A stretch of DNA of 64,000 bases from Acidimicrobiaceae bacterium (GTDB lineage Bacteria > Actinomycetota > Acidimicrobiia > Acidimicrobiales > Bog-793), in assembly GCA_003140595.1 (NCBI GenBank), contig PLKG01000095.1, positions 5,694-69,693 of the forward strand. Direction: 5' to 3'. Below are positions 8,656-18,930 of the stretch, piece by piece. Made by a program: the position numbers and the translations under genes. The notes beneath the pieces were generated by a model. The model was not told the origin of the DNA. It searched no databases and was given only the letters and a program-made list of their open reading frames with translations. How positions within the stretch are numbered: position 1 is the first letter of the stretch; each line of letters starts with the position of its first letter.

Positions 8656-10074
8656 TTGGAGATCCGGGACAGGCTGTACATCGGTGGCGCTTGGGTCGTT
8701 CCCGTGCGCACCGACCTCATCGAGGTTCTCGACTCGACGACCGAGGAGATAATCGGCAGTGTTCCGCGTGGCACCGCCGAAGACGCGTCACGTGCGGTCG
8801 AGGCGGCACGCGGCGCGTTCGACGACTGGGCGCGGACCGCGCCGTCCGAACGGGCGCAGTACGCGTCGCGCATAGCCGAGGCCCTCGGTAGTCGCATGAC
8901 CGAGGTCAGCCAGCTGATCGCCCGGGAGGTGGGCACGCCGGTCAATGTCTCGATGGTCATCCAAGTTGGCCTGCCCATAATGACCTTCGGCTCCATGGCC
9001 GATCTCGTCGGCCAGATCACCTGGGAGCAGTCCGTCGGCAATTCACTGGTCGTTCGTGAGCCGGTTGGTGTCGTTGGCGCCATCACGCCGTGGAATTACC
9101 CCCTACATCAGATAGCTGCCAAGGTCGCGCCGGCTCTGGCTGCCGGCTGCACCGTGGTGCTCAAGCCGAGCGGGGTTGCCCCACTGAACGCGTTCGTTCT
9201 GGCCGAGGTCGTACACGAGATCGGGCTTCCACCCGGAGTGTTCAACCTGGTCTCGGGGAGCGGCTCGGATGTCGGCGAGGCAGTCGCCAGCCATCGGGAA
9301 GTCGACATGGTGTCGTTCACCGGTTCCACGCGAACCGGGCGACGGGTCGCAGAGCTGGCCGCGGCGACGGCGAAGAGGGTGACCCTTGAACTCGGCGGCA
9401 AGTCGGCCACCGTGATCCTTCCGGACGCCGACTTCGACCGAGCGGTGACCGCTGGGGTCGCGATGTGCCTCTTGAACTCGGGCCAGACCTGTAGCGCCTT
9501 GACCCGGATGCTCGTGCCCCGCGACCGGTTGTCAGAGGTCGAGGCGATCGCCGCGCGGACTGCCGAGTCCTACACGCCCGGCAACCCTTTCCTCGACACG
9601 ACACGTATCGGCCCGCTTGTCTCGGCAGCCCAACGGGACCGTGTGCGCGCGTACATCCTCAAAGGGATCGAAGAAGGCGCGAAGCTCGTCACGGGAGGGG
9701 TCGACGCCCCGGAAGGCCTGGAGAAGGGCTTTTTCGTCCGCCCGACGGTTTTCTCGGAGGTCCGGCGCGACATGACGATCGCCCAGGAGGAGATCTTCGG
9801 GCCGGTCCTGTCGATCCTCCCCTACGACACCGAGGACGAGGCGATTGAGATCGCGAACGACTCGATCTACGGATTGGCCGGCGCAGTGTGGGCGGCCGAT
9901 GAGAGGAGCGCAGTCGAAGTTGCTCGTCGTATTCGCACGGGTCAGGTCGACATCAACGGTGGCGGCTTCAACCCGTTGGCGCCCTTCGGCGGCTTCAAGC
10001 AGTCAGGCCATGGTCGAGAGCTGGGCAAGTTCGGTCTCGAGGAGTACCTCGAGACCAAGTCGCTGCAGCTGTAG
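8656..10074 (+). CDS. NAD(P)-dependent aldehyde dehydrogenase
   Basis: Full-length ALDH: [16 protein letters not shown], the catalytic region ELGGKSA and NSGQTCSA, and the C-terminal [13 protein letters not shown]. Confidence 0.9.
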   Translation: MEIRDRLYIGGAWVVPVRTDLIEVLDSTTEEIIGSVPRGTAEDASRAVEAARGAFDDWARTAPSERAQYASRIAEALGSRMTEVSQLIAREVGTPVNVSMVIQVGLPIMTFGSMADLVGQITWEQSVGNSLVVREPVGVVGAITPWNYPLHQIAAKVAPALAAGCTVVLKPSGVAPLNAFVLAEVVHEIGLPPGVFNLVSGSGSDVGEAVASHREVDMVSFTGSTRTGRRVAELAAATAKRVTLELGGKSATVILPDADFDRAVTAGVAMCLLNSGQTCSALTRMLVPRDRLSEVEAIAARTAESYTPGNPFLDTTRIGPLVSAAQRDRVRAYILKGIEEGAKLVTGGVDAPEGLEKGFFVRPTVFSEVRRDMTIAQEEIFGPVLSILPYDTEDEAIEIANDSIYGLAGAVWAADERSAVEVARRIRTGQVDINGGGFNPLAPFGGFKQSGHGRELGKFGLEEYLETKSLQL

Positions 10075-10194
10075 CACCTTGGGACTCTGCCGTCCTCCAC
10101 GCCAGTTGACCTCACGGGTCGCCCAGGACCGCTCACGATTCGGTCTCCAACCTCCAGATCCTCCGTTGGCCTCGGCGCCCGGGCCGGAGCCGTC

Positions 10195-11298
10195 GTGACC
10201 GAGATGCTGCCAGCTGGAGAGTGGCCCAGAGAGGCCTGGCTCAGGCGGGCTTGGCCGCGTATTCGGTTCCTCGCAGGGATCGCGCTCGGCGGCGTCGCTC
10301 TCTGGGCGGTTTCCGGTCAAGGTGTTGAGCTGGCCGGGGCGTCGACCGAGCTCTCCCATCTCGACGCTGGATGGTTGCTGGTCGCGGTGGGAGTCGAGGC
10401 GCTGTCGCTTGTTGCTTTTGCTCGCATGGATCAGCTCTTGCTCCGATGCGGCGGAGTTCACTCCGGAATCGGGCGGTTCACAGTGATCTCGTTCGCTGCT
10501 GGTGCGATCGCGAGCTCACTACCGGCGGGACCGCTTGTCGCGAGTGCCTTCGGCTTCCGGCAATTTCGCCGCCTCGGCGCGTCGGAGGCGCTCTCAGCCT
10601 GGGCGTTGTTGGCGACGCTCGTGTTCTCCTCACTCGGGCTCGCTCTGCTTGCCACCGCCGGCCTCGTTGTCGCAGAGCGCCAAGGTTCGGCTTTCGACCT
10701 TGTAGGAGTCACCGTTGCAGTCTTCGCGATCACGATCGCCGGGGCCGCCGTCTTGTACCAGCGACGGGCACTCGCCAGGTTCCTCGTATTGACGCTCAAA
10801 GCCTCACGCCGCCTCACCGGCTTGCCGCGTCGGCCGGCTGACGCGCTCGTCTCCCAAATCGGGGCCAGCTTGAGTCAGGTCGTTCTCGGCAAGCGAGACC
10901 TCCTGGTCGTCCTCGCTTGGTCGCTCGCCAACTGGGCCCTCGACTGTTCATGCCTGGTGTTCGCCTATCTCGCAGTCGGAGCAGGTGTGCCCTGGCGTGG
11001 GTTGCTTCTCGCCTACGGGGCGGGTCAGTTGGCCGCGAACCTCCCGATCACCCCAGGCGGCCTCGGCGTCGTCGAGGGGAGCCTCGTCATCGCGCTCGTC
11101 GCGTTCGGAGGTGGCCAGATCAGCACCGTCGCGGCCGTCCTGTTGTACCGGATCGTGAGCTTCTGGGGATTCCTCCCCGTCGGATGGGCCTTCTGGGGCG
11201 GCCTCACCTGGCACAATCGCCGCGTTGATCGTGCTGTCGCCCTGGCGCGTGCCGCATCGGACTCAGGCGAGCACTGGGCCTCGGAGCTTCCGGAATGA
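10195..11298 (+). CDS. LPG-synthase-TM / UPF0104 family integral membrane protein (flippase-like)
   Basis: Has ~8 hydrophobic helices and the family-typical LLAYGAGQLAANLPITPGGLGVVEGSL followed by LLYRIVSFW. Confidence 0.7.
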   Translation: MTEMLPAGEWPREAWLRRAWPRIRFLAGIALGGVALWAVSGQGVELAGASTELSHLDAGWLLVAVGVEALSLVAFARMDQLLLRCGGVHSGIGRFTVISFAAGAIASSLPAGPLVASAFGFRQFRRLGASEALSAWALLATLVFSSLGLALLATAGLVVAERQGSAFDLVGVTVAVFAITIAGAAVLYQRRALARFLVLTLKASRRLTGLPRRPADALVSQIGASLSQVVLGKRDLLVVLAWSLANWALDCSCLVFAYLAVGAGVPWRGLLLAYGAGQLAANLPITPGGLGVVEGSLVIALVAFGGGQISTVAAVLLYRIVSFWGFLPVGWAFWGGLTWHNRRVDRAVALARAASDSGEHWASELPE

Positions 11299-11392
11299 CT
11301 CGCAGCGCGCACGGGTCCGTGGAGCGTCGGGAGCGCCTCGTCGTTCGTGCGAGCGCAGCGGTGTTGTGCTGTAGTCGTGAGGAGGACCGCTC

Positions 11393-11833
11393 ATGAAAGC
11401 CAAGCTCGTCGGGTTCGTCGCCATCGTGACGGTGACCGGGTTGCTCGGTGGCTGCACTGCTGCCCGCAACGGGCTCGGCACACGTGACAGCGCTTGTTTC
11501 AGGGTCTACCCGGAGGCGGTGGCTGCGGTTCACGGCCACGGCCGGTTCGCCGGCGAGCGATATCTGCCGCCGCGCTCGCTGATCATCGACCTGCATGACG
11601 TTGTGGTGCCCGACACCTTGCAGGACGCGGCCCGCGTTGCCACGTGTCTTGTTGCCTTTGAGGGCCACTTCACCACCTCGAACGTCAAGCTGGGCTGGAG
11701 CCCGAGTGGCCTTACGGGCAGGACCGCCGTGGTCGTCATCCGTCAGCGCGATCTGGTGTTGCTGGCGACTGTGGTCCTCGGTCGCATCCCGCGCTCGCTC
11801 GTGTTCGCCCGCGTGTTCCCGAGGCTGCGATAG
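11393..11833 (+). CDS. Hypothetical lipoprotein
   Basis: Lipobox signal MKAKLVGFVAIVTVTGLLGGC. No recognisable family. Confidence 0.5.
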   Translation: MKAKLVGFVAIVTVTGLLGGCTAARNGLGTRDSACFRVYPEAVAAVHGHGRFAGERYLPPRSLIIDLHDVVVPDTLQDAARVATCLVAFEGHFTTSNVKLGWSPSGLTGRTAVVVIRQRDLVLLATVVLGRIPRSLVFARVFPRLR

Positions 11834-11857
11834 GTCCCAGGAGAGTCGGGCTCCTCG

Positions 11858-14482
11858 TCAGCTCCCTGGCTCTGGCCCAGGGCTGTTCTCGGTCGCCAGT
11901 TCGACCTCGACCGAAACAGCGGCTGCGCCCGGGTCACCGACGAGTTCGAGTTGCACGATGGCGCCGGCGTCCGAAAGATCGCCGGAGGCGAGCTCGACAA
12001 GCCCCACGAGCGAAGGAGGCCCAGTCACGCGACACCGGGCGACCTGAGTGCGCATCGAGCCCTTAGCCTCGGATTTCGCCCGCCGCAGAGCCACGAGAAC
12101 CACCGCTACTGCCTCGACGAGATCGGGACGCGCGTCGGGGCCGGCCTCGGCCGCCAACTGAGCGCCGGAGGGCCAGCTGGAACCATGAATCGAGCCGGAC
12201 TGCCACCACGACCATGCCTCCTCGGTGCAGTAGGGGAGGAATGGCGCGAACAGCCTCAGCAGCACCGACAGGCTCAGTGCCAGCGCGTGCCGGGCGGACG
12301 CGGGACCAGCCTCGGACGGCTCGCCGTAGGAGCGGGCCTTGACGAGTTCGAGGTAGTCGTCGCAGTACGACCAGAAGAAGGACTCGGTCACTTCGAGGGC
12401 CCGTGCATGGTCGTAGGAGTCGAATTCGGCCGTCGCTTGGTCGACGACGGCCGCGAGGCGTGCCAGCATGGCCGCGTCGACCGCCGTGAGAGCTGCTGGC
12501 GAGACAGGTGCAGGGGAATCGGAGCCGTCCAATCGTGACAGCACGAAACGGCTCGCGTTCAGGATCTTGATGGCGAGCCGCCGGCCGACCTTCATCTGCT
12601 CCTCGCTGAACACGGTGTCGGCGCCCAGGCGAGCTGATCCCGCCCAGTAACGCACGGCGTCGGTGCTGTACTTCTCGAGGTACTCGAGAGGAGTGATGGC
12701 GTTGCCTAGGGACTTGCCGATCTTCTTGCGATCGGGGTCGAGGATCCATCCCGAGATGGCGACGTGGCGCCACGGGAGTGCGGAGTGTTCGAGCTCGGAG
12801 CGCACGATCGTCGAGAACAGCCAAGTCCTGATGATCTCGTGCGCTTGCGGTCGCAGGTCCATGGGGAAGACCTTGGCGAAGAAGTCCGGGTCCTCCTCCC
12901 ATTTGCCCGCGATCTGCGGTGTCAAAGACGAGGTGGCCCAGGTGTCCATTACATCGGGGTCGCCGACGAACCCACCAGGTTTGCCGCGTTGTCCTTCGGT
13001 GTAGCCCTCTGGGACGTCAGTCGACGGGTCGACAGGCAGGCGCTGCTCGGAGGCGAGCAGCAGACCGTCGACCGCGACGTCGCCCTCGTCGTCGAGCCGG
13101 TACCAGACCGGGAAGGGAACGCCGAAGAATCGCTGACGCGAGATGTTCCAGTCTCCTGTCAGTCCTTCCACCCAGGCTTCGTAGCGGGCCCGCATGTGAG
13201 CGGGGTGCCACTGCAACTCGCGGCCCCGCTCGAGGAGCTTCTCGCGGCGGTCGAGGGTTCGCACGTACCACTGCGAGGACGTGACGATCTCGAGAGGCCG
13301 CCGACCCCGTTCGTAGTACTTGACGGCATGGGTGATGGCACGCGGCTCGCCGAGCAGGTCGCCGGACTCACGAAGTAGCTCCACGATGCGCGCCTGGGCA
13401 CGCTTGATCGGCAGGCCTTCGATCTCCGCGTACCTCGCGTTCGCCCGCCCGGGGTCGACCGACTCCCAGCCCGGTGCTCCGAAGGGTGCCGGACCCAGGC
13501 GACCATCCCTCCCGACCACCGAGCGCGTTGGCAAAGCGAGGTCCCGCCACCACGTCACGTCCGTCAAGTCTCCGAAGGTGCAGATCATCGCTATGCCCGA
13601 TCCCTTGTCCGGCTCTGCGAGCTCGTGGGAAAGGACTGGGACGGGCACACCGAACAACGGAGTCAGGACCTCGGAGCCGAACAAGGCCTGGTAACGCTCA
13701 TCGCCCGGATGGGCGACGAGCGCCACACAAGCCGGGACCAGCTCGGGTCGCGTCGTCTCAATCTCGACGGGATGACCTTGCTGAGAGGCTCTTGCAAAGC
13801 GGAGCCGATGGTAGAAGCCAGGGTCCTCCTTGTCGACGAGCTCGGCCTGGGCGACCGCGGTCTGGAAGTCGACGTCCCACAGCGTCGGTGCTTCTTGTCG
13901 GTAGGCCTGACTGCGGGCCAAAAGGCGCAGGAAACCGCGCTGCGAGGCTCTTCTCGAAACTTCACCGATCGTCGTGTAGTGCTGGGTCCAGTCGTACGAG
14001 GCGCCCAGCTTGCGGTACAGGCGCTCGAAAGCCTGCTCGTCCTCGGCTATGAGGACGTTGCACAACTCGATGAAGTTCGGCCGCGATATCGGGACCGCAC
14101 GGGCGTTCTTGTCCCGCTTGTGCTCAAGCGAGGGTGGCACGAAGTCCGCGTCGTAAGGAAGCGACGGGTCGCAACTGACCCCGAAGTAGTCCTGAACGCG
14201 GCGCTCGGTGGGCAGGCCGTTGTCGTCCCAGCCGATCGGGTAGAAGACCGCCTTGCCGGTCATTCGTTGGTACCGGGCGACGATATCGGTCTGGGTGTAG
14301 GAGAACACGTGACCGACGTGGAGCGAACCGGACACCGTCGGCGGCGGTGTGTCGATCGAGAACACGCCCGCGCGGCCCCCGGCCGGGTCGAAGCGGTATG
14401 TGCCGTCCTGCTCCCAGCGCGTCGCCCAACGATCCTCGAGGCCCTCCAGCGAGGGTCGGTCGGGCACGCGGGGAGTAGCCAT
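11858..14482 (-). CDS. valS: Valine--tRNA ligase
   Basis: HIGH region PPPTVSGSLHVGHVFSYT, KMSKS-type KIGKSLGN, and ValRS-like editing and anticodon regions. The true start is the ATG at 14482 (MATPRVPDRPSLEGLEDRWATRWEQDG). The 51-codon extension in the ORF track is Arg/Cys-rich junk. Confidence 0.95.
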   Translation of the reverse strand: MATPRVPDRPSLEGLEDRWATRWEQDGTYRFDPAGGRAGVFSIDTPPPTVSGSLHVGHVFSYTQTDIVARYQRMTGKAVFYPIGWDDNGLPTERRVQDYFGVSCDPSLPYDADFVPPSLEHKRDKNARAVPISRPNFIELCNVLIAEDEQAFERLYRKLGASYDWTQHYTTIGEVSRRASQRGFLRLLARSQAYRQEAPTLWDVDFQTAVAQAELVDKEDPGFYHRLRFARASQQGHPVEIETTRPELVPACVALVAHPGDERYQALFGSEVLTPLFGVPVPVLSHELAEPDKGSGIAMICTFGDLTDVTWWRDLALPTRSVVGRDGRLGPAPFGAPGWESVDPGRANARYAEIEGLPIKRAQARIVELLRESGDLLGEPRAITHAVKYYERGRRPLEIVTSSQWYVRTLDRREKLLERGRELQWHPAHMRARYEAWVEGLTGDWNISRQRFFGVPFPVWYRLDDEGDVAVDGLLLASEQRLPVDPSTDVPEGYTEGQRGKPGGFVGDPDVMDTWATSSLTPQIAGKWEEDPDFFAKVFPMDLRPQAHEIIRTWLFSTIVRSELEHSALPWRHVAISGWILDPDRKKIGKSLGNAITPLEYLEKYSTDAVRYWAGSARLGADTVFSEEQMKVGRRLAIKILNASRFVLSRLDGSDSPAPVSPAALTAVDAAMLARLAAVVDQATAEFDSYDHARALEVTESFFWSYCDDYLELVKARSYGEPSEAGPASARHALALSLSVLLRLFAPFLPYCTEEAWSWWQSGSIHGSSWPSGAQLAAEAGPDARPDLVEAVAVVLVALRRAKSEAKGSMRTQVARCRVTGPPSLVGLVELASGDLSDAGAIVQLELVGDPGAAAVSVEVELATENSPGPEPGS

Positions 14483-14502
14483 TGGCCTAGTACGGTACTC
14501 CT

Positions 14503-15861
14503 GTGTTGCGCCTTCATGACACGGCCCTAGGCCACAGCCGGGAGCTCGAGACCCGCGAGCCTGGCAGGATGGGCTTGTACATCTGCGGTTCGACCGTTTA
14601 CGGACCGCCTCACATCGGTCACGGCCGCTTTTCACTCGTGTATGACGTCCTCAGGCGCTATCTCGAGTACTCGGGGATCGTCGTCGACCACGTCTCCAAC
14701 GTGACCGACATCGATGACAAGATCATCGCTCGGGCGAACGAGGAGCACCGACGGCCGGAGGAGATCGCGGATCAGTACGAGGCCGAATGGTGGGACGCGA
14801 TGGGCACCTTGGGATGCCTCCTGCCAACGCAGGTCCCGCACGCGACTGCCTTCATCGAGGAGATGGTGGAGCTCGTCGCCGGGCTCGTGGCGCGCGACTG
14901 TGCCTATGAGACGGTCGACGGCGTCTACTTCGCCGTCGCGACGGTCGACGACTACGGGCTGCTCGCGCACCAGAGCCTTGCCTCGCTGCGGTCAGGCGCT
15001 CGCGTAGAGGTGAATGAGAATAAGCGCTCGCCGTTGGACTTCGCCCTATGGAAGAAGGCAAAACCTGCTGAGCCCTGGTGGGCCTCTCCCTGGGGCCCCG
15101 GACGGCCCGGCTGGCACACAGAGTGCGTTGTCATGTCGCTAGCCCTGCTCGGCGATGGATTCGACCTCCACGGCGGCGGCCAAGACCTGATTTTCCCGCA
15201 TCACGAGAACGAGCGGACGCAAGCCGAAGCGATCGGCAGGCCGTTTGCGCGCTGTTGGATGCACAACGGCATGGTCGAAGCGCGCGGGGGAGAGAAGATG
15301 TCGAAGTCGTTGGGCAACGTTCTCACGCTGTCAGATCTCTTCGAGCAGAGTGATCCGCGCGCGTACCGCTTGTTGGTGCTGCAGTCTCACTATCGTGCGC
15401 CGATCGAAGTGACAGCCACGACGTTGAGTGACGCCGTGTCGGCGCTCGGCCGGCTGGATGCCCTGAGCGGCCGGGTGGCCGAGCTGGGCCGGCTCGACAT
15501 CCAGCGGAGCGATCCTGAGGTGAAGGGCGCTTTCGTCGAGAGGATGCAGGACGACCTCGATACGCCGGGCGCGACTGCTGTGCTCTTCGACGCGATAAGG
15601 CGCGCGAACGTTGCTTTCGACGCCCGGGATGCGCAAAGAGCCACCGAGCTGACCCGGGCCGTGCTCGAATGCTTCGGAGCCGTCGGACTCGAGGCGAAGG
15701 GATCCGGCGAGATTCCTGAGGCTGTGCTCGAGCTCGGCCAGCGTCGAGACCAGGCCCGTGCCGCGCGTGACTTCGCCAACGCTGACGTGCTGCGTTCGGA
15801 GATTGTCGCACTTGGCTACGTGGTCGAGGACACCTCTTCGGGCACGAGAATTCGCCGCTGA
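14503..15861 (+). CDS. cysS: Cysteine--tRNA ligase
   Basis: CGSTVYGPPHIGHGR (HIGH), GWHTECV, KMSKSLGN, and a C-terminal DALR-like domain. GTG start at 14503. Confidence 0.95.
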   Translation: MLRLHDTALGHSRELETREPGRMGLYICGSTVYGPPHIGHGRFSLVYDVLRRYLEYSGIVVDHVSNVTDIDDKIIARANEEHRRPEEIADQYEAEWWDAMGTLGCLLPTQVPHATAFIEEMVELVAGLVARDCAYETVDGVYFAVATVDDYGLLAHQSLASLRSGARVEVNENKRSPLDFALWKKAKPAEPWWASPWGPGRPGWHTECVVMSLALLGDGFDLHGGGQDLIFPHHENERTQAEAIGRPFARCWMHNGMVEARGGEKMSKSLGNVLTLSDLFEQSDPRAYRLLVLQSHYRAPIEVTATTLSDAVSALGRLDALSGRVAELGRLDIQRSDPEVKGAFVERMQDDLDTPGATAVLFDAIRRANVAFDARDAQRATELTRAVLECFGAVGLEAKGSGEIPEAVLELGQRRDQARAARDFANADVLRSEIVALGYVVEDTSSGTRIRR

Positions 15862-15886
15862 GCTTGGGTTTTCGACGGCCTTGGCG

Positions 15887-15914
15887 CTGCAGCGGCGCTG
15901 CAGCGCCGCTGCAG
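15887..15914 (+). terminator. 28-nt perfect GC-rich palindrome 26 nt after the cysS stop (possible terminator hairpin, no U tract)
   Basis: CTGCAGCGGCGCTGCAGCGCCGCTGCAG read directly from the sequence. It is self-complementary end to end and contains three CTGCAG units. Confidence 0.45.
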
Positions 15915-16090
15915 GTCGACCCGAGTGGATCTGGGCTAACAGGCGCTGGGAAAGCTCTGCTACGTTGTCGGTCCAGAGCAACCGGATCGTGATGTAGCGA
16001 GGGGTTGCCGAGTTGTCGGGCGATAACCCGGTTTGCGGGCATCATCCCGGATCTCGGCCACGCCAAGTCAGGCAGCCCGACCCTGGTGCT

Positions 16091-16117
16091 CTTGTACTTG
16101 CAACTTGCAACCTGCAA
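16091..16117 (+). repeat. Tandem heptamer repeat (CTTGCAA-like, ~4 copies) in the csp leader, just 5' of the Shine-Dalgarno
   Basis: CTTGTA CTTGCAA CTTGCAA CCTGCAA, followed by the AAAGGGGA SD and GTG 16142. Confidence 0.6.
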
Positions 16118-16141
16118 TCTGAGACAAAGGGGAACGCCACC

Positions 16142-16342
16142 GTGGCGACCGGCGTAGTGAAGTGGTTCAACAGCGAGAAGGGCTACGGCTTCATCTCACA
16201 GTCCGACGGCGTGGACGTTTTCGTTCACCACTCGTCTATCCAAATGTCCGGTTACCGGACCCTCACCGAGGGCCAGGAAGTCGAATTCGACGTTCAGGAG
16301 GGCCAGAAGGGGCTGCAGGCAGCCAACGTCCGGGCGCGCTGA
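16142..16342 (+). CDS. cspA: Cold-shock protein (CspA family)
   Basis: [33 protein letters not shown] carries the RNP1/RNP2 motifs. At 66 aa it has canonical Csp length, starting from GTG 16142. The upstream part of the track ORF (from 16013) is leader. Confidence 0.9.
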   Translation: MATGVVKWFNSEKGYGFISQSDGVDVFVHHSSIQMSGYRTLTEGQEVEFDVQEGQKGLQAANVRAR

Positions 16343-16363
16343 GTCCGCGCACTCCCGGTGGAT

Positions 16364-16380
16364 CCGCTGCTGAGCAGCGG
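16364..16380 (+). terminator. Hairpin after the csp stop
   Basis: CCGCTGC-TGA-GCAGCGG, 22 nt after the stop. The stem can extend with a bulge. No clear U tract. Confidence 0.4.
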
Positions 16381-16607
16381 TCCTCGCAATCGTCGGGTCC
16401 TGTCCAACCGGGCTCGGCCTCAAAGCTCGGTTCCATATGTCGAGCCGCCTGTTCTTCGCGCCTCGGACGACGGGGCCGGCCACGCGCGCTGTCACAGGTA
16501 GCCGAGGCTGCGCCGTTTCCGGCGGGGGTCGTGCGGTCTCCAGCGACTGGTCGATGACGTCGGAGGAGCCGAGTAAGTGGCACGCGGTCCCGGACCCGAG
16601 GTAGGCG

Positions 16608-17828
16608 ATGAGTGACTTCTCGATGGAGCTGAACGAAGATCAGCTCCAGGTTCTCAGGTGGGTTCACGATTTCGCCGAGAACGTGGTGCGTCCCGCGGCC
16701 CACGAGTGGGACGAGCGCGAGGAGACACCCTGGCCGATCATCGAGGAGGCCGCCAGGATCGGGCTCTACTCGTTCGACTTCGTGGCGAATTGCTTTGCTG
16801 ATCCGACCGGGCTGCTGTTCCCACTGGTCAACGAGGAGCTGGCCTGGGGTGACGCGGGCATCGCTCTCGCGCTCCTCGGTTCGACTCTCGGTGTCGCCGG
16901 GATCGTTGCAGCCGGCACTCCCGAGCAGGTGGCCGAATGGGCTCCGCGGTGCTTCGGTCACGTCGGTGGCATTCAGCTCACGGCCCTGTGCGTGTCCGAG
17001 GTCGATGCGGGACCGGACTTGGGTGGCATGAGAACCCGGGCCGAGTACGACGCAGCGAGCGATACGTGGACCCTGAACGGGACGAAGACCTGGGTCACAA
17101 ACGGCGGCATCGCCGACATCCACCTGGTCGCGGCGTCAGCGGAGTCGGACCTGGACCTGGGCGTGGGTGGCCAGGCGTTCTTCATCGTGCCGCCGAAGAC
17201 TCCTGGACTCGCGATGGGCCGCAAGTTCCAGAAGATGGGTATGCGCGCGTCCCACACCGCTGAGGTCGTTCTGCACGACGTGACGGTGCCCGGCCGGTGC
17301 CTGCTCGGTGGCAAGGACCGCCTCGACGAGCGGATCGCGCGCGCACGCGAGGTGACGGACGGGAATTCGTCTGCCACAACGGCGGCCTTCGAGGCGACCC
17401 GGCCTGCCGTCGCTGCCCAGGCGGTCGGCATCGCGCGTGCCGCGTACGAGTACGCCCTCGACTATGCCAAGCAGCGCAAGACCTTCGGGCGTCCGATCAT
17501 CGAGCGTCAGGCCGTTGCGTTCAAGCTTGCCGACATGAGGACGCGTATCGACGCCTCGCGCCTGTTGTACATGCGGGCCGCGTCGATGGTCATGTCGGGG
17601 ACGGCTTTGACAGCAGCAGAAGGCTCCATGGCCAAGCTGTTCGCCGGCGAGACGGCCGTATGGGTCAGCGAGCAGGCGATCCAGATCCTCGGGGCCTGTG
17701 GCTACTCGCGCGAGTATCCCGTCGAGCGTTGGCACCGCGACTCCAAGGCCTACACGATCTTTGAGGGGACCAGTGAGACCCAGCGCCTTGTGATAGCCAG
17801 AGCCATATCCGGAGTGGACGTCCAGTAG
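16608..17828 (+). CDS. Acyl-CoA dehydrogenase
   Basis: Full-length ACAD fold: LNGTKTWVTNGGIAD, the C-terminal QILGACGYSREYPVERWHRDSKAYTIFEGTSE. Confidence 0.9.
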   Translation: MSDFSMELNEDQLQVLRWVHDFAENVVRPAAHEWDEREETPWPIIEEAARIGLYSFDFVANCFADPTGLLFPLVNEELAWGDAGIALALLGSTLGVAGIVAAGTPEQVAEWAPRCFGHVGGIQLTALCVSEVDAGPDLGGMRTRAEYDAASDTWTLNGTKTWVTNGGIADIHLVAASAESDLDLGVGGQAFFIVPPKTPGLAMGRKFQKMGMRASHTAEVVLHDVTVPGRCLLGGKDRLDERIARAREVTDGNSSATTAAFEATRPAVAAQAVGIARAAYEYALDYAKQRKTFGRPIIERQAVAFKLADMRTRIDASRLLYMRAASMVMSGTALTAAEGSMAKLFAGETAVWVSEQAIQILGACGYSREYPVERWHRDSKAYTIFEGTSETQRLVIARAISGVDVQ

Positions 17829-18200
17829 TCGAGAGGCTGGCGGCACGATGGCCTTTGAACCAATAGCGATCGACCGGATCATGCGCGGCATCGTGCACAA
17901 GTGGGACGGGGATCCCGGTCACGACCGTGGTGGCCACGATCGCGCAAGCGATGACGACGGCCTAAATCCTGGGCGGAGCCGCTCCCGTAGCCGGACACGA
18001 CGTTCGCGAGGCATCGGGGTTCGCCACCGCCGCCGTTGACGAGCACGACCTAGCCCCTACAGAGATGGCGGAGCGTGGTCTGATGACTCTCTACGGTCGA
18101 GCTGAGAAGTCAGGGCGCGCTCAGCACGCGAAAGGTGCCGAGGACGCACCCCTCGACACGGTCAATCGACACCGTGACGAGCCCGCGGCAGAATCTTCCC

Positions 18201-18671
18201 ATGGCCGAGTCGCAATCTCCTCGAAGGTATGCCGAACCGGGCTGGTTCACGCGCAATGTCGCTAATCGTCTTGTAGCGACGCTGACACGGGCGGGTGTGA
18301 GCGTTTGGGGATCGCGCGAGCTCCGGGTCCGCGGGCGCACGAGCGGGGAGTGGCGGTCTACGCCGGTAAACCTGCTCAGCTTCGCCGGCGAGCACTACTT
18401 GGTGGCTCCTCGCGGTGAGACGCAGTGGGTGCGCAACCTTCGCGTCGCTGGTGACGGCGAGTTACGCGTCGGACGCCGGACTCAGGTGTTTCAGGGGCGA
18501 GAGCTGGCCGACGCAGAAAAGCCCGACATTCTCCGCGCCTACCTCAAGAGGTGGAAGGCGGAAGTGGGTGTCTTCTTTGCAGGTGTCGGCGCTGATGCGT
18601 CGGACGCCGACTTGCTTCGCATCGCACCGGGGCACCCGGTCTTCCGAATCGCGTTCACCGAAGACCCGTGA
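18201..18671 (+). CDS. Deazaflavin (F420)-dependent nitroreductase family protein (DDN-like)
   Basis: NVANRLVATLTRAGVSVWGSRELRVRGRTSGEWRSTPVNLLSFAGEHYLVAPRGETQWVRNL is typical of the family. Start taken at ATG 18201. Confidence 0.75.
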   Translation: MAESQSPRRYAEPGWFTRNVANRLVATLTRAGVSVWGSRELRVRGRTSGEWRSTPVNLLSFAGEHYLVAPRGETQWVRNLRVAGDGELRVGRRTQVFQGRELADAEKPDILRAYLKRWKAEVGVFFAGVGADASDADLLRIAPGHPVFRIAFTEDP

Positions 18672-18685
18672 ACAGGCGCCTTTTT
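18653..18685 (+). terminator. Intrinsic-terminator-like hairpin plus T5 run at the end of the DDN-like gene
   Basis: GTTCAC-N9-GTGAAC with the stop codon inside the 3' arm, then AGGCGCC and TTTTT. T runs are rare in this sequence. Confidence 0.45.
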
Positions 18686-18930
18686 CCTCGAACAGGGATC
18701 CTTCGGCGGCATTTACCGGTAACCGCATGTCGGCCACGGATCAACCCAGCCACCGGCCAGCCTGCGCTGTCAGTCACGGCGAGCTACGCGTCGCGGAGTG
18801 GCGCAGCTCATGAGCGCTCGGGGGCGAGCACCGCAAGGACGGCGGGAAGAGAGTCGTGAGACCACCACGAGCCCACGTCACACGAGCGAAGGCGGGCTCG
18901 AAGGTGGCGCTGAGCACCACCGCTCGTTTC

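Noticed and set aside
14483-14635. 51-codon N-terminal extension of the valS ORF in the track
   Set aside because: The extension (MKSGRDRCEAVRKRSNRRC...) overlaps cysS on the opposite strand and is not ValRS-like. The canonical ValRS N-terminus begins at the ATG at 14482.
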